Shown here in pieces: positions 37,583 through 47,300 of a DNA stretch of 64,000 nt. Below the pieces are notes generated by a model. The model was not told where the DNA came from, did no database searches, and saw only the letters and a program-made list of their open reading frames with translations. Origin of the DNA: Dehalococcoidia bacterium (GTDB taxonomy: Bacteria; Chloroflexota; Dehalococcoidia; Bin125); contig CAXXNO010000006.1 of NCBI GenBank assembly GCA_963663235.2, positions 224,001 to 288,000 on the forward strand. Direction: 5' to 3'. A program made the translations under genes and the position numbers. Positions within the stretch are counted from its first letter, which is position 1. Each line of letters starts with the position of its first letter.

Positions 37583-40494
37583 GAGGGCACCGCCCTCTCC
37601 GCGGGCCTCTCCAGCGCCAGGTCCGCGGGGCCGTCCCAGCCCTGGCACTCCTCTTGGGCGCGCCGGCGCAGGGCGTAGAGCGCGCTGATCGCCTCCAAGG
37701 GCGTGAGCGCGTCCACATCCAGGGCGGCCAGCTCAAGGGCCAGGGCGGACGGGTCCGGGGGAACGGCGGGCGCGTCCACAGCGTCCGGGTTTGACCCATC
37801 GGGGCGTGCAGCGTCAGGACGTCCTGCGTCGGGGCGCCCCTCCAAGCGCTCCAGGATGCGCGCCGCGCGGGCCAGGAGCGGGGCAGGGAGGCCGGCCATC
37901 CGCGCCACCTCCAGCCCGTAGGAGCGGTCGGCGCCGCCGGGCACGATGCGGTAAAGGAAGCGCAGCGCCGCCTTGCCGCCTCCGGGGCCTTCGAGGCTTT
38001 GGGGGGCCGCGCGCACCGCCACGCTGGCGTTGTGGACCCGGCCGTGCTCTTCGGCCAAGGCCGTGAGCTCGTGGAAGTGGGTGGCGAAGAGCGTACGCGG
38101 CCCGCGCTCGGGCGCCGCCGCCAGGTGCTCGAGCAGGGCGCGGGCGATGGCGAGGCCGTCGTAGGTGCTGGTGCCACGCCCGATCTCGTCCAGCACCAGC
38201 AGCGAGCGCTCCGTGGCCGTGGCCAGGATGGCGCTGGTCTCCAGCATCTCCACCAAGAACGTGCTGCGTCCCGCGGCCAGGTGGTCCTGGGCGCCCACGC
38301 GGGCGAAGATGCGGTCCACCAGCCCGATGCGCGCCTCCGCCGCGGGCACGAAGCCGCCGCACTGGGCCATGAGCACGATCAGCGCCGCCTGGCGCAGGTA
38401 GGTGCTCTTGCCCGCCATGTTGGGCCCGGTCAACACCAGCACCTGGGCGCCGTCCGCGCTCAGGTCCAAGTCGTTGGGCACGAAGCGGCCGGCCCCGCCC
38501 CCCGCAGCGCCCTCCGCGCCGGCCGCCTCCAGCGCCGCCTCCACCAAGGGGTGACGGCCCTCGCGGATCAGCAGCCGCGGCGAGCGGTCCAAGCGGGGGC
38601 GGACGTAGCCGCGCGCCAGCGCCACCTCGGCCAGGGCGCAGGCCACGTCCAGGCGGGCCACGCCCCGGGCCAGGGCGCGCACCGCGGCGGCCTCCCGCCC
38701 CAGCCCGCGGCAGAGATCCTGGAACAGCGCGCGCTCGCGCAGGGTCAAGGCCTCGCGGGCCTGGAGCACCTGCGCCTCCAGCGTCCGCAGCTCCGGCGTG
38801 ACGAAGCGCTCGCCGCCGGCCAGCGTCTGGCGGCGCTCGTAGTTTGGGGGCACCCGGCCCAGGCCGCTCTTGCTGACCTCCAGGTAGTAGCCGAACGTGC
38901 GGTGATAGCCCACCCGCAGGTTGGCGATGCCGCTGCGCCCGCGCTCGCGCGTCTCCAGCGCCGCGATGGCCGCGCGTCCGCGGTGCAGGCAGGCGCGCTG
39001 ACGGTCGGCCTCGGCGTCGGCGCCGGCGCGGACGACGCCGCCGTCCTCGAAGGCGGCGGCGGGCTCGGGCTCCAGGAGCGCCGCGATCGCCTCTTGGGCG
39101 GCGGCGCAGGGGCGCAGCTCCGCCGCCACGCGGGCCAGCAAGAGGGGGCGCTCTTGGGCCGCGGCCTCCCCGTCCCCGGAAGCGGCCTCTGCGCCGGTGG
39201 GGGGATCTCGCTCCGCGCCGGCCCGCTCTAGGATCGGGACCAGCGCCGCCGCCGCCGCCAGCCCCCGGCCCAGCGCCGCCACCTCGGGCGGGGCGGCGAG
39301 GCCCGCGACGGCCCGGCTCAGGAGCCGCTCCAGGTCCGGCAGCGGGGCCAGGGCCCGGCCCAAGCCCTCACGCAGCAGCGGCACCTCCACCAGCAGGGCC
39401 ACCCGCGCCAGCCGCTCCTCGATCCGTTCCAGATCCAGTAAGGGTCGCGTCAGCCGGCGCCGCAGCAGCCGCCGCCCCGGGGCCGTGCGCGTGCGGTCCA
39501 GGAGCTCCAGCAGCGAGGGCCGCGCGCCCGCGTCCTCTTCCGCGCGGCCGCGGGGGAAGAGGTCCAGGGCACGCACGGTGGCCGGGTCCAGGCGCATGGT
39601 TGCGCCGGGCTCGTAGAGCCGCGGCCGCTCCAGGTGCGCCAGGGGTCCGGCGCCGCCGGAGCCGTCGGGGCCGTCGGGGCCGGACTGGGTCTCGCGCAGG
39701 TAGCGCAGCAGCGCCCCGGCGGCGGCGACCGCCGCCGCTCTGCCGGCCAATCCCAGCCCCTCCACGTCCGCCACGGCGTAGTGACGGCAGAGCTCCTCCG
39801 CCCCGGCCCGGGGCCGGAACTGCTCCGCGGGCCGCAGAGCGCGAGCGCAGCGCTCGCCCGGCAGCGCCTCCGCCAGCGCGGCCTCGAGGGGATCGGGGTC
39901 CGGGGAGGCCGGCGCCGGAGGCGCCGCCAGCAGCAGCTCGGCGGGGCCCAGGCGGGCCAGTTCAGCCGCCGCCTCGCGGGCGGGCTCCGGCCCGGCCAGC
40001 TCGCAGACGCGGAACTCGCCCGTGCTGAGATCGATGGCGGCCAGGCCGACCACCCCTCCCTCCGCCGACGGGGCGTCGCCGCCCCACTCCGCCCCTGGGA
40101 GGAGCGGGGAGAGGGCCGCGCAATAGTTGTTGAGCCCGCCCTCGAGCAGGGCGGGCTCCAGCGCCGTGCCCGGCGACATCACCCGCACCACCCCCCGGGC
40201 GACCAGCCCCTTGGTCGCGCGGGGGTCCTCCAGCTGCTCGCAGATGGCCACGCGATGGCCGGCGCGGATCAGCCGCGCCAGGTGGCCCTCGGCCGCCGCC
40301 ACGGGCACGCCGGCCAAAGGCACGCGCAGGCCCGGGCCCAGCGGCTTGCTGGTGAGGACGATGCCGAGAACGCGGCTCACCAACTCCGCGTCGGCGTCGA
40401 AGGTTTCGTAGAAATCACCCAAGCGGAAGAAAAGGATCGCGTCCGGATGGCGCGCCTTGATCTCCAGGTACTGCCGGCGGACGGGCGTGGACAG
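37579..40494 (-). CDS. mutS: DNA mismatch repair protein MutS
   Basis: TPVRRQY, GDFYE, TGPNMAGKST, STF, DEIGRGT, ATH, SYG; own RBS and CTG start; in frame with the upstream nuoF-like ORF. Confidence 0.96.
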   Translation of the reverse strand: MSTPVRRQYLEIKARHPDAILFFRLGDFYETFDADAELVSRVLGIVLTSKPLGPGLRVPLAGVPVAAAEGHLARLIRAGHRVAICEQLEDPRATKGLVARGVVRVMSPGTALEPALLEGGLNNYCAALSPLLPGAEWGGDAPSAEGGVVGLAAIDLSTGEFRVCELAGPEPAREAAAELARLGPAELLLAAPPAPASPDPDPLEAALAEALPGERCARALRPAEQFRPRAGAEELCRHYAVADVEGLGLAGRAAAVAAAGALLRYLRETQSGPDGPDGSGGAGPLAHLERPRLYEPGATMRLDPATVRALDLFPRGRAEEDAGARPSLLELLDRTRTAPGRRLLRRRLTRPLLDLERIEERLARVALLVEVPLLREGLGRALAPLPDLERLLSRAVAGLAAPPEVAALGRGLAAAAALVPILERAGAERDPPTGAEAASGDGEAAAQERPLLLARVAAELRPCAAAQEAIAALLEPEPAAAFEDGGVVRAGADAEADRQRACLHRGRAAIAALETRERGRSGIANLRVGYHRTFGYYLEVSKSGLGRVPPNYERRQTLAGGERFVTPELRTLEAQVLQAREALTLRERALFQDLCRGLGREAAAVRALARGVARLDVACALAEVALARGYVRPRLDRSPRLLIREGRHPLVEAALEAAGAEGAAGGGAGRFVPNDLDLSADGAQVLVLTGPNMAGKSTYLRQAALIVLMAQCGGFVPAAEARIGLVDRIFARVGAQDHLAAGRSTFLVEMLETSAILATATERSLLVLDEIGRGTSTYDGLAIARALLEHLAAAPERGPRTLFATHFHELTALAEEHGRVHNASVAVRAAPQSLEGPGGGKAALRFLYRIVPGGADRSYGLEVARMAGLPAPLLARAARILERLEGRPDAGRPDAARPDGSNPDAVDAPAVPPDPSALALELAALDVDALTPLEAISALYALRRRAQEECQGWDGPADLALERPAERAVPS

Positions 40495-40516
40495 AACGGC
40501 CCCCTCCCCGGAGCAC

Positions 40517-40537
40517 AGCATACACGGAACCGTGTAT
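40517..40537 (-). promoter_or_regulatory. mutS -10 element (TATGCT) overlapped by a perfect palindrome ATACACGG-AA-CCGTGTAT
   Basis: Palindrome at 40520-40537; -10 at 40522-40517; [12 protein letters not shown] at 40509-40501. Confidence 0.6.
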
Positions 40538-40657
40538 ACAGCACGCCGGGACGCCGACCGACAGGCTGACTCCAGAGCGCAGCCTAGCAGTTTGGCGGCG
40601 CATGTAGAACATCCGTGCACATAAGGGCCGGAGGGCGAGAACTGGGGCTCGCCGGCC

Positions 40658-40790
40658 GGGGCTAGCCGGAGGCGGCGACGGGCTGGGGCGAGGCGGGGTG
40701 GGGCTAGCCGGAGGCGGCGACGGGCTGGGGCGAGGCGGGGTGGGGCGGGGCGGCGACGGGCTGGGGCAGGCGGGGTGGGGCGGGGGGGAG
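40658..40790. repeat. 42-bp G-rich tandem repeat (two perfect copies plus a degenerate third) ending in a G7 run
   Basis: Copies at 40658-40699 and 40700-40741; G7 at 40782-40788. Confidence 0.9.
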
Positions 40791-42681
40791 CGCGGTCCTC
40801 CAGGACCACCGCCGCCGGCGCCAGCTCGCGGCAGAGGCCGCACTGAATGCAGCGGTCGTCGTCGATGCGCAGCCCCTCGGGGGCCTCCACGAAAGCGGCG
40901 GTGGGGCAGAGCGCGGCCGCCTCGCCCAGGGCGGGATCGGCCGGCGCGCTCACGCGGTGGCGGATCAGCGCCCGGCAAACCTTGGCGGGGCAGCGCCGCT
41001 CCACGATGTGGGCCTCGATCTCGTCGCCGAAGAAGCGCAGCACGCTGCGGATGGCGTAGGGCGTGAACTGGCCGTGCAGGCAGTTGGAGTTCTGCAGGGT
41101 GCGGTCCAGGGCGGCGATGCGCTCCAGGTCGTCGTGCCGCCCGAGGCCGGCGGCGATGCGGGCCAAGATCTCCACCAGCCGCTGGCCGCCACCGAAGCAG
41201 GTGGTGCAGCGGCCGCAGGACTCGTCCTCGCAGAACTCGCTGAAGTAGCGGGCCAGGTCCAGGACGCAGCTGCGCTCATCGAAGAGGATCAGGCCGCCCG
41301 AGCCCAGCAGGAGCGAGCGCTCGGTGAAAGGCGCCCGCTCCAGGGGCAGGTCGAGGTCGGCCGCGGCCAGCACGCCGCCCAGGGGGCCGCCGGGCTGCAG
41401 GCCCTTGGCCGTGTGGCCCGGCGGGGGACCGCCCGCGGCCTCCAGCATCAGCGTGGAGAGGGGGAGGCCGAAGGGCACTTCCAGCACGCCCGGCCGGCGC
41501 AGGTGGCCGCTGAGGCTGAAGATCTTGGTGCCGGCGTCGGCCTCCACGCCCTCGCCGCGGTACCAGTCGGCGCCGTGGCGCAGCACCAGGGGGGCGTTTG
41601 CGTAAGTCTCCACGTTGTTGACGTTGCTGGGGCGGGCGAAGACGCCGCGCTCGGCGGGGAAGGGCGGGCGGATCTTGGGCATGCCCCGCAGCCCCTCGAC
41701 CGAGGCGATGAGGCCGGTCTCCTCGCCGCAGAGGTACGAGCCGGCGCCGCGCACCACCTCCAGGTCGAAGGCCGTGCCCGAGCCCAGCACGTCGGGCCCC
41801 AGCAGGCCGCGGTCGCGCGCCTGCGCCAGGGCGCGCTCAACGCGGGCGATGCTTAAGGGGTATTCGTCGCGGATGTAGATGAAGCCGTGGCCAGCGCCCG
41901 TGGCGCGGCCGGCGATGATCATCCCCTCGATCATGGCGTGGGGGTCGGACTCCATCTGCACGCGGTTGACGAAGGCGCCGGGGTCGCCCTCGTCGGCGTT
42001 GCAGACGAGGTACTTGAGCGGCCCCGGGGCGCCGAGCAGGAACTTCCACTTGCGGCCGGCGGGGAAGCCGCCGCCGCCGCGACCGCCCAAGCCAGACTGC
42101 TCCACCAAGTCGCAGATGGCCATGGGCTCCAGCGCCAGGGCACGGGCCAGCCCCGCGTAGGCGTCCACGGCGAGGGCGTCGTCGATCGATTCGGGGTCGA
42201 TCACCCCCATCCACTGCATCAGCCGCCGCACCTGAGGGAGCCAGAACGGGTGTTGGGCCAGCGGCGGGATGCCGTCCTGGGCCTGGGGCCCGCGCACGCC
42301 CAGGGCCCAGTCCGGGCGGGGGTCGCCGTCCTGCAGCACCGCGGCGACAAACTCGGGCAGCGAGGCCGGGGACACGGGGCCGTAGAGCACCGGGGCCTTG
42401 CCGGGCGCCTGCACATCGATAGTGGGCAGGGCGAAGGAGGCGCCGAAGGCGCCGGTGGTGATCAGCTCGGCGTCCAAGGCGCGGGCCTCGATCGCGAGGC
42501 GCAGGGCGGCCAGCAGATCGTCGGCGCCGGCCGCCACGGAGGAGGTGGTGAGGTCCAGGCGCAGCAGGGTGCGACCGGCCCCCTCCCGCCGCTCCCAGCG
42601 GACGCGGGCGGCGTCGCGCAGGGCCTGCCAGCGCGCTTCCGCGTTGGTCAACGTCGGCTGGGTTAATGTCGGCTGGGTCAT
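40704..42681 (-). CDS. nuoF: NuoF/HoxF/HydB-like NADH-binding flavin Fe-S subunit (natural stop apparently out of frame by one base)
   Basis: GRGGGGFP, NADEGDPG, YIRDEY, GAGSYLCGEET, NNVET, ESCGRCTTC...C, C-terminal CIQCGLC. Confidence 0.88.
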
Positions 42682-42682
42682 C

Positions 42683-43222
42683 TCAGGGCTGCGCCTCCGG
42701 CCCGGGCTCATCGCGGCGCCGGACGGCCGGCGCCGTCTCCAGCGCGCCCGCCGGCGGCGGGGGCGGCGCCTGGCCCTCGCGGACGCGAAGGGCCAGGCGG
42801 ACGGCCTCGGTCAAGCTCAGCGGGCCGACCACGCGGCCGTCGAGCCAAACTTGAGGAGCGCGCTCGCAGGTGCCGTTGCACTGTCCCAGCCAGAGGCCGT
42901 AGCGGTCGTCGGGCCCGTTCTGGCCCAGGCGGCACCCGAGCACGGCCTCCAGCGCCTCCTTGATCCGCTCGCCGCCCACGATGCGGCAGCTGGGGCCGCT
43001 GCACCAGGTGATGAGCGTGCGCGGGGGCGGGGTCAAGCGGAACTCCGTGTAGAAGGTGGCAGGGCCGTAGACCTGGGCCTCGGTCAGGCGCAGATGCGCG
43101 GCGACCAGGCGCATGGCCGGGCGGGGGATCCAGCCCAACTCCTCCTGCACCAGATGCAGAGCGGGCAGCAGCTGCGCCCGCTCCCGCGGCAACTGGGCCA
43201 GCCGGCCCGCCACACGCTCCAT
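42683..43222 (-). CDS. nuoE: NuoE-like [2Fe-2S] subunit
   Basis: LLPALHLVQEELGWI, ATFY, CSGPSC...CNGTC..AP; GGAGG RBS. Confidence 0.9.
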   Translation of the reverse strand: MERVAGRLAQLPRERAQLLPALHLVQEELGWIPRPAMRLVAAHLRLTEAQVYGPATFYTEFRLTPPPRTLITWCSGPSCRIVGGERIKEALEAVLGCRLGQNGPDDRYGLWLGQCNGTCERAPQVWLDGRVVGPLSLTEAVRLALRVREGQAPPPPPAGALETAPAVRRRDEPGPEAQP

Positions 43223-43320
43223 GCGCCCCGCCTCCGGGCGGCGGCCTGGAGCCCGCCGCGGATCGCGTTGATTGTCGCGCAGGCCCATCCTAGCGAGGGG
43301 GCGTGGCGAGGAACAGGCGG

Positions 43321-44334
43321 CTAGCCGTTGCCCTCCAGCAGGAGCGCGTCGACGAAGGCCTTGGGGTCGAAGGGGGCCAGGTCGGCGGGCCTCTCGCCCG
43401 TGCCCACGAAGCGCACGGGGATGCCCAGCTCGGCGGCGATGGCGAAGACCACGCCGCCCTTGCTGGTGCCATCCAGCTTGGCCAAGCAGATGGCGGTGAC
43501 GTCCGCCGCCTCGGCGAAGAGCCGCGCCTGGCTGAGGCCGTTGCGGCCGGTGCCGGCGTCCATGACCAGCAGCACCTCATGCGGCGCCCCCTCCACGCGC
43601 CCGGCCAGCACCCGGCGGATCTTGGACAGTTCCGCCATGAGGTTCTTCTTTGTCTGCAAGCGGCCGGCGGTGTCGACGATCACCAGGTCGGCGCCGCGGG
43701 CGCGGGCGGCCTCCAGCGCGTCGTAGGCCACCGCGCCGGGATCGGCCCCGGGCTGGTGGGCGATCACCGGCGCTCCCACGCTCTCACCCCAGTGTTGCAG
43801 CTGATCGATGGCCGCCGCGCGGAACGTATCGGCGGCCGCCAGGATCACGCTGCGCCCTTCCCGGCCGTAGGCGCGGGCGAGCTTGGCGATGGTGGTAGTC
43901 TTGCCCGACCCGTTGACCCCCACCACCAGCACCACCTGCGGGGGCGGGGGTTGCTCCGCGCCTCCGTTCCAGAGGCGCCCGCCGGCGGCGCGCTCCCCGG
44001 GGCCGCTGAGCAAAGCCAGCAATTCATCGCGCAGCAGCTCGCGGAGGGCGTCCGGGCGGGCGTCGCGTTTCTCCTCGGCGCGGCGGCGCACGCGCTCCAG
44101 CAGAGCCACGGCGGTGGTCGCGCCGACGTCGGCGGCGATCAGCCCCTCCTCCAAGTCCTCCCAGGCCTGCTCGGGGACGGCGTCGCCGCGGGCCAACAGG
44201 CCGCCCAGCCGGCCCAAGAGCGAGCGGCGGGTGGGGGCGGTGGCGTCCGCCATCACGGCGGCCAGTTCGGCCTCGGCGGCGGCGTGGGCGGTATCGACCG
44301 CGCCGCCGCGTTGGAATCGAAACAGCTTGACCAT
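43321..44334 (-). CDS. ftsY: SRP receptor FtsY
   Basis: GVNGSGKTTTIAKLA, DTFRAAA, DTAGR, KLDGTSKGG, GTGE. Confidence 0.96.
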   Translation of the reverse strand: MVKLFRFQRGGAVDTAHAAAEAELAAVMADATAPTRRSLLGRLGGLLARGDAVPEQAWEDLEEGLIAADVGATTAVALLERVRRRAEEKRDARPDALRELLRDELLALLSGPGERAAGGRLWNGGAEQPPPPQVVLVVGVNGSGKTTTIAKLARAYGREGRSVILAAADTFRAAAIDQLQHWGESVGAPVIAHQPGADPGAVAYDALEAARARGADLVIVDTAGRLQTKKNLMAELSKIRRVLAGRVEGAPHEVLLVMDAGTGRNGLSQARLFAEAADVTAICLAKLDGTSKGGVVFAIAAELGIPVRFVGTGERPADLAPFDPKAFVDALLLEGNG

Positions 44335-44369
44335 GGCGGGCGGCGCTCCGGTTGTTGGGTTCGAGGGGC

Positions 44370-47300
44370 TCAGTCCGGCAGGTTCAGCTCGGCGAGGCGC
44401 ACGGAGAGGACGCGGCTGGCCGAGTCTTCGCCCATGGTGATGCCGTAGATGGTGTCGGCCTGCTCGATGGTGCGGCGGTTGTGGGTGATGACGACGAACT
44501 GGGTGCGCGGCGCCAGTTGCTTGAGCGCGTCCACGAAGCGGCCCACATTGGCCTCATCCAGCGCGGCGTCCACTTCGTCCAGGACGCAGAACGGCGCCGG
44601 GTTCACGTCCAGCATGGCGAAGAGGAGGGCGATGGCGGTGAGCGAACGCTCGCCGCCGGAGAGCATGGCCATGGTCTTCAAGCGCTTGCCCGGGGGTTGC
44701 GCCTCGATCTCGATGCCGCCGCCGTCCCAGTCGTCGTCCACCAGGATGAGCTTGGCCTTGCCGCCGCGGAACATGGTCTGGAAGTAGCGGCGGAACTGCG
44801 CGTCCACGGCGGTGAAGGACTCGCGGAAGGATCCGCGGATCAGGTCGCTCAGCTCGGTCTCGGCGTCGCGCATGCGTTGCTCGGCGCCCTCCAGGTCCGC
44901 GACCTGGCCGGTGAGGTAGTCATAGCGATCGCGCAGCTCGGCGAACTCCGCCGCCGCGTCCGGATTGACGTTGCCCAGCCGCCGCAGGCTGGTGCGGAGC
45001 TCGTCCACGCGCGCGCGCAGATCCTGGTCCGACAGGAGCGGCGTCTGCTCCTCTTCCTTCTCCTCCCCGGCGGCGCCGCCGTTGGAGCCGAGGCGCAACT
45101 CGGCAACGGCCGCGGCGGCGCCCGCGGGGGCGGGCGCCGGGGGCGGCGCTTGGCCAGCGGCGGGAGGCGCGAAGGCCACGGCGGCGGCGGCGTTAGCGTC
45201 AGCGTCGAGGGCCGTGATGGCGCCGCGGTCATCGGCGTCGAAGCCGTCGGCGCGCATCGCCTCGCGCAGGCGGTTGCGGACCGCCTCCCCTTCCTGGAAG
45301 GCGGCCTCGGCGCTGAGGAGGGCGCGATCCGTCGCCAGGAGGGTGCGTTGGGCCGCCTGCAGATCCTGCCGGCGGGTGGCCTCGAGATCCGTGACGCGGG
45401 CCAGGGCCTCGGACTCGGGCGTGCGGTCCGCGACGGCGGTGTCGCGCGCCGCGCGCAGCTGCTCAAGATCGCGCTGGCGCTGCTCCAGGGTGGCGGTGAT
45501 CTGGGAGAGTTCCGCCTCCACCTCCGCCAGCCGCTCCGAGCGATCCCGGCGTTGTTCCCGGACACGGGACTGAGCCGCGTCCCGAGCGCGCACCGCGGCC
45601 CGAAGCGTCTCCAGCCGGCCCGCCTGGACGGCGTGCCGCGCTTCCGCCTCGCCGACGAGCTGGGCCTGTGCGCGGCGGCGGCGGTCGGCCTCCTCCAAGT
45701 GCGAGACAGCCGGGCGCCCGGCCTCCAGCGCGGCGACCTCGGCCGCGCGGTTCTCGGATTCGGCGCGGAGGGCGGCCTCCTCCAGGCGCAAGGCCTCGCG
45801 CCGCTCCTGCGCGCGTTCCCCCTCGGCCTGGCTCGCCTCCAGATCGCCGCGCAGGCGCGCCGTGTCGGCGCGCACCACGGCGGCCTCATCGAGCGCCTGG
45901 GCGCGCGCATCGATGGCGGCTTCGACGTCGCGTTCGGCATCGGCCAGGTGGTGTTCGAGTTGCTCCAGTTCGGCCCGGTGCACATCGATCTCGCCGGCGT
46001 CCTTTAGGGAACGCTCGAGTTCGGTGATCTCCGCGGGCAGCGATTGCAACTCACTCTCGCGGGTGAAGGAGCCGGTCTCGCCCACCTCGCCGCCGATAAT
46101 GGCACCGATGGGACGCAGCAGTTGCCCGTCGCGCGTGACCACGCTGCCGAACCCGCGCGTGAGGATCTTGCGGGCCGTCTCGATGTCTTCCGTCACGATC
46201 GTGCGGCCGAGGATCGTATCGATCAGGGGGCGGAAGCGCTCATTGCACTGCACCAACGAAGCCGCCGTGCCGAGGACGCCGGGCTCCGGCTGCAAGGCGG
46301 GCGGGCTGCGGCGTCCGAGCGACTCCAGCGGGAGCGTGACGATGCGACCGGCGCGCTCCCGGAGCAGCGCCTGGATCACTTGCAGGGCGTCGTCGGTTTT
46401 TTCGAAGACCACGGCATCGACGTAGTCCTCCAGCGCCGCCTCGATGGCCCGCTCCAGGCCGCGGGGCGCGCGCAGCAGGTGGCGCACCACGCCGAGCACC
46501 CCGGGGATGCCCGTCGGCTCGTCGCCGCGGGGCACGCCGCGCGCCCCGAAGAGCGCGCGGAGCCCCTGCTTCATCCCCTCGGCCTCCGCTTGGAGCTCAC
46601 GCAAGAGTTGCAGGCGGTCCCGGGCGCGGGCCAGGCGCCGCTCGCGATCGGAGCGGGAGGCCTCCAGGTTGCGCAAGAAGGCGGCTGCGCCGTAGGAGCG
46701 CTGCGCCAGGTCCTCGCGGGTGCGGCGCGCCTCGGCGGCGGCGGCGGCGGCGGCCTTGGTGGACTCGTCGGCCCGGGCGACGCCGTCGTCGGCTTGAGCG
46801 CGCGCATCTTCCAGCAAGCGGCGCCGTTGCTCCCACACAGAGGCCTGGGCCTCGATCTGTTCGATCTCGGTGGCAATGCGGGCCAGTCGCGTATCATTTT
46901 CGCGGCCGGCGGCGTCCAAGCGGCTGAGCCGCTCCTGCGCCGCCGCCGAACGGCCGCGCAGCGTCTCCTGCTCGGCTTCGATGGCCGCGAGCCGCCGACG
47001 GGCCGCGTCCAGAGCCGCCTCGGTCTCCGTGACCGCCTCGCCCACGGCGGGGTCGGGGGGCGCGGCGGGTGGCTCATCCAGCGTGCGATCGTCGTCGCGA
47101 TCCAGCGCGGCCAAGTCCCGCCGCAACTCGGCGGCGCGATCGGTGAGCAGCCGCTGTCGCTCCTGGAGAACCGCGCGCTCTTGCTCCAAGCGACGGAGGT
47201 CATCGACGCGGCGCCGTTCCTCCGTCTCGGCCCGGTCTGCGGTGAGGCGGGCATCGCGCAGCTGGCGCTCGCAATCGCTGAGGGCGGTTTCGGCGTCGAC

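Noticed and set aside
35435-37678. 747-aa plus-strand ORF
   Set aside because: Antisense shadow of mutL
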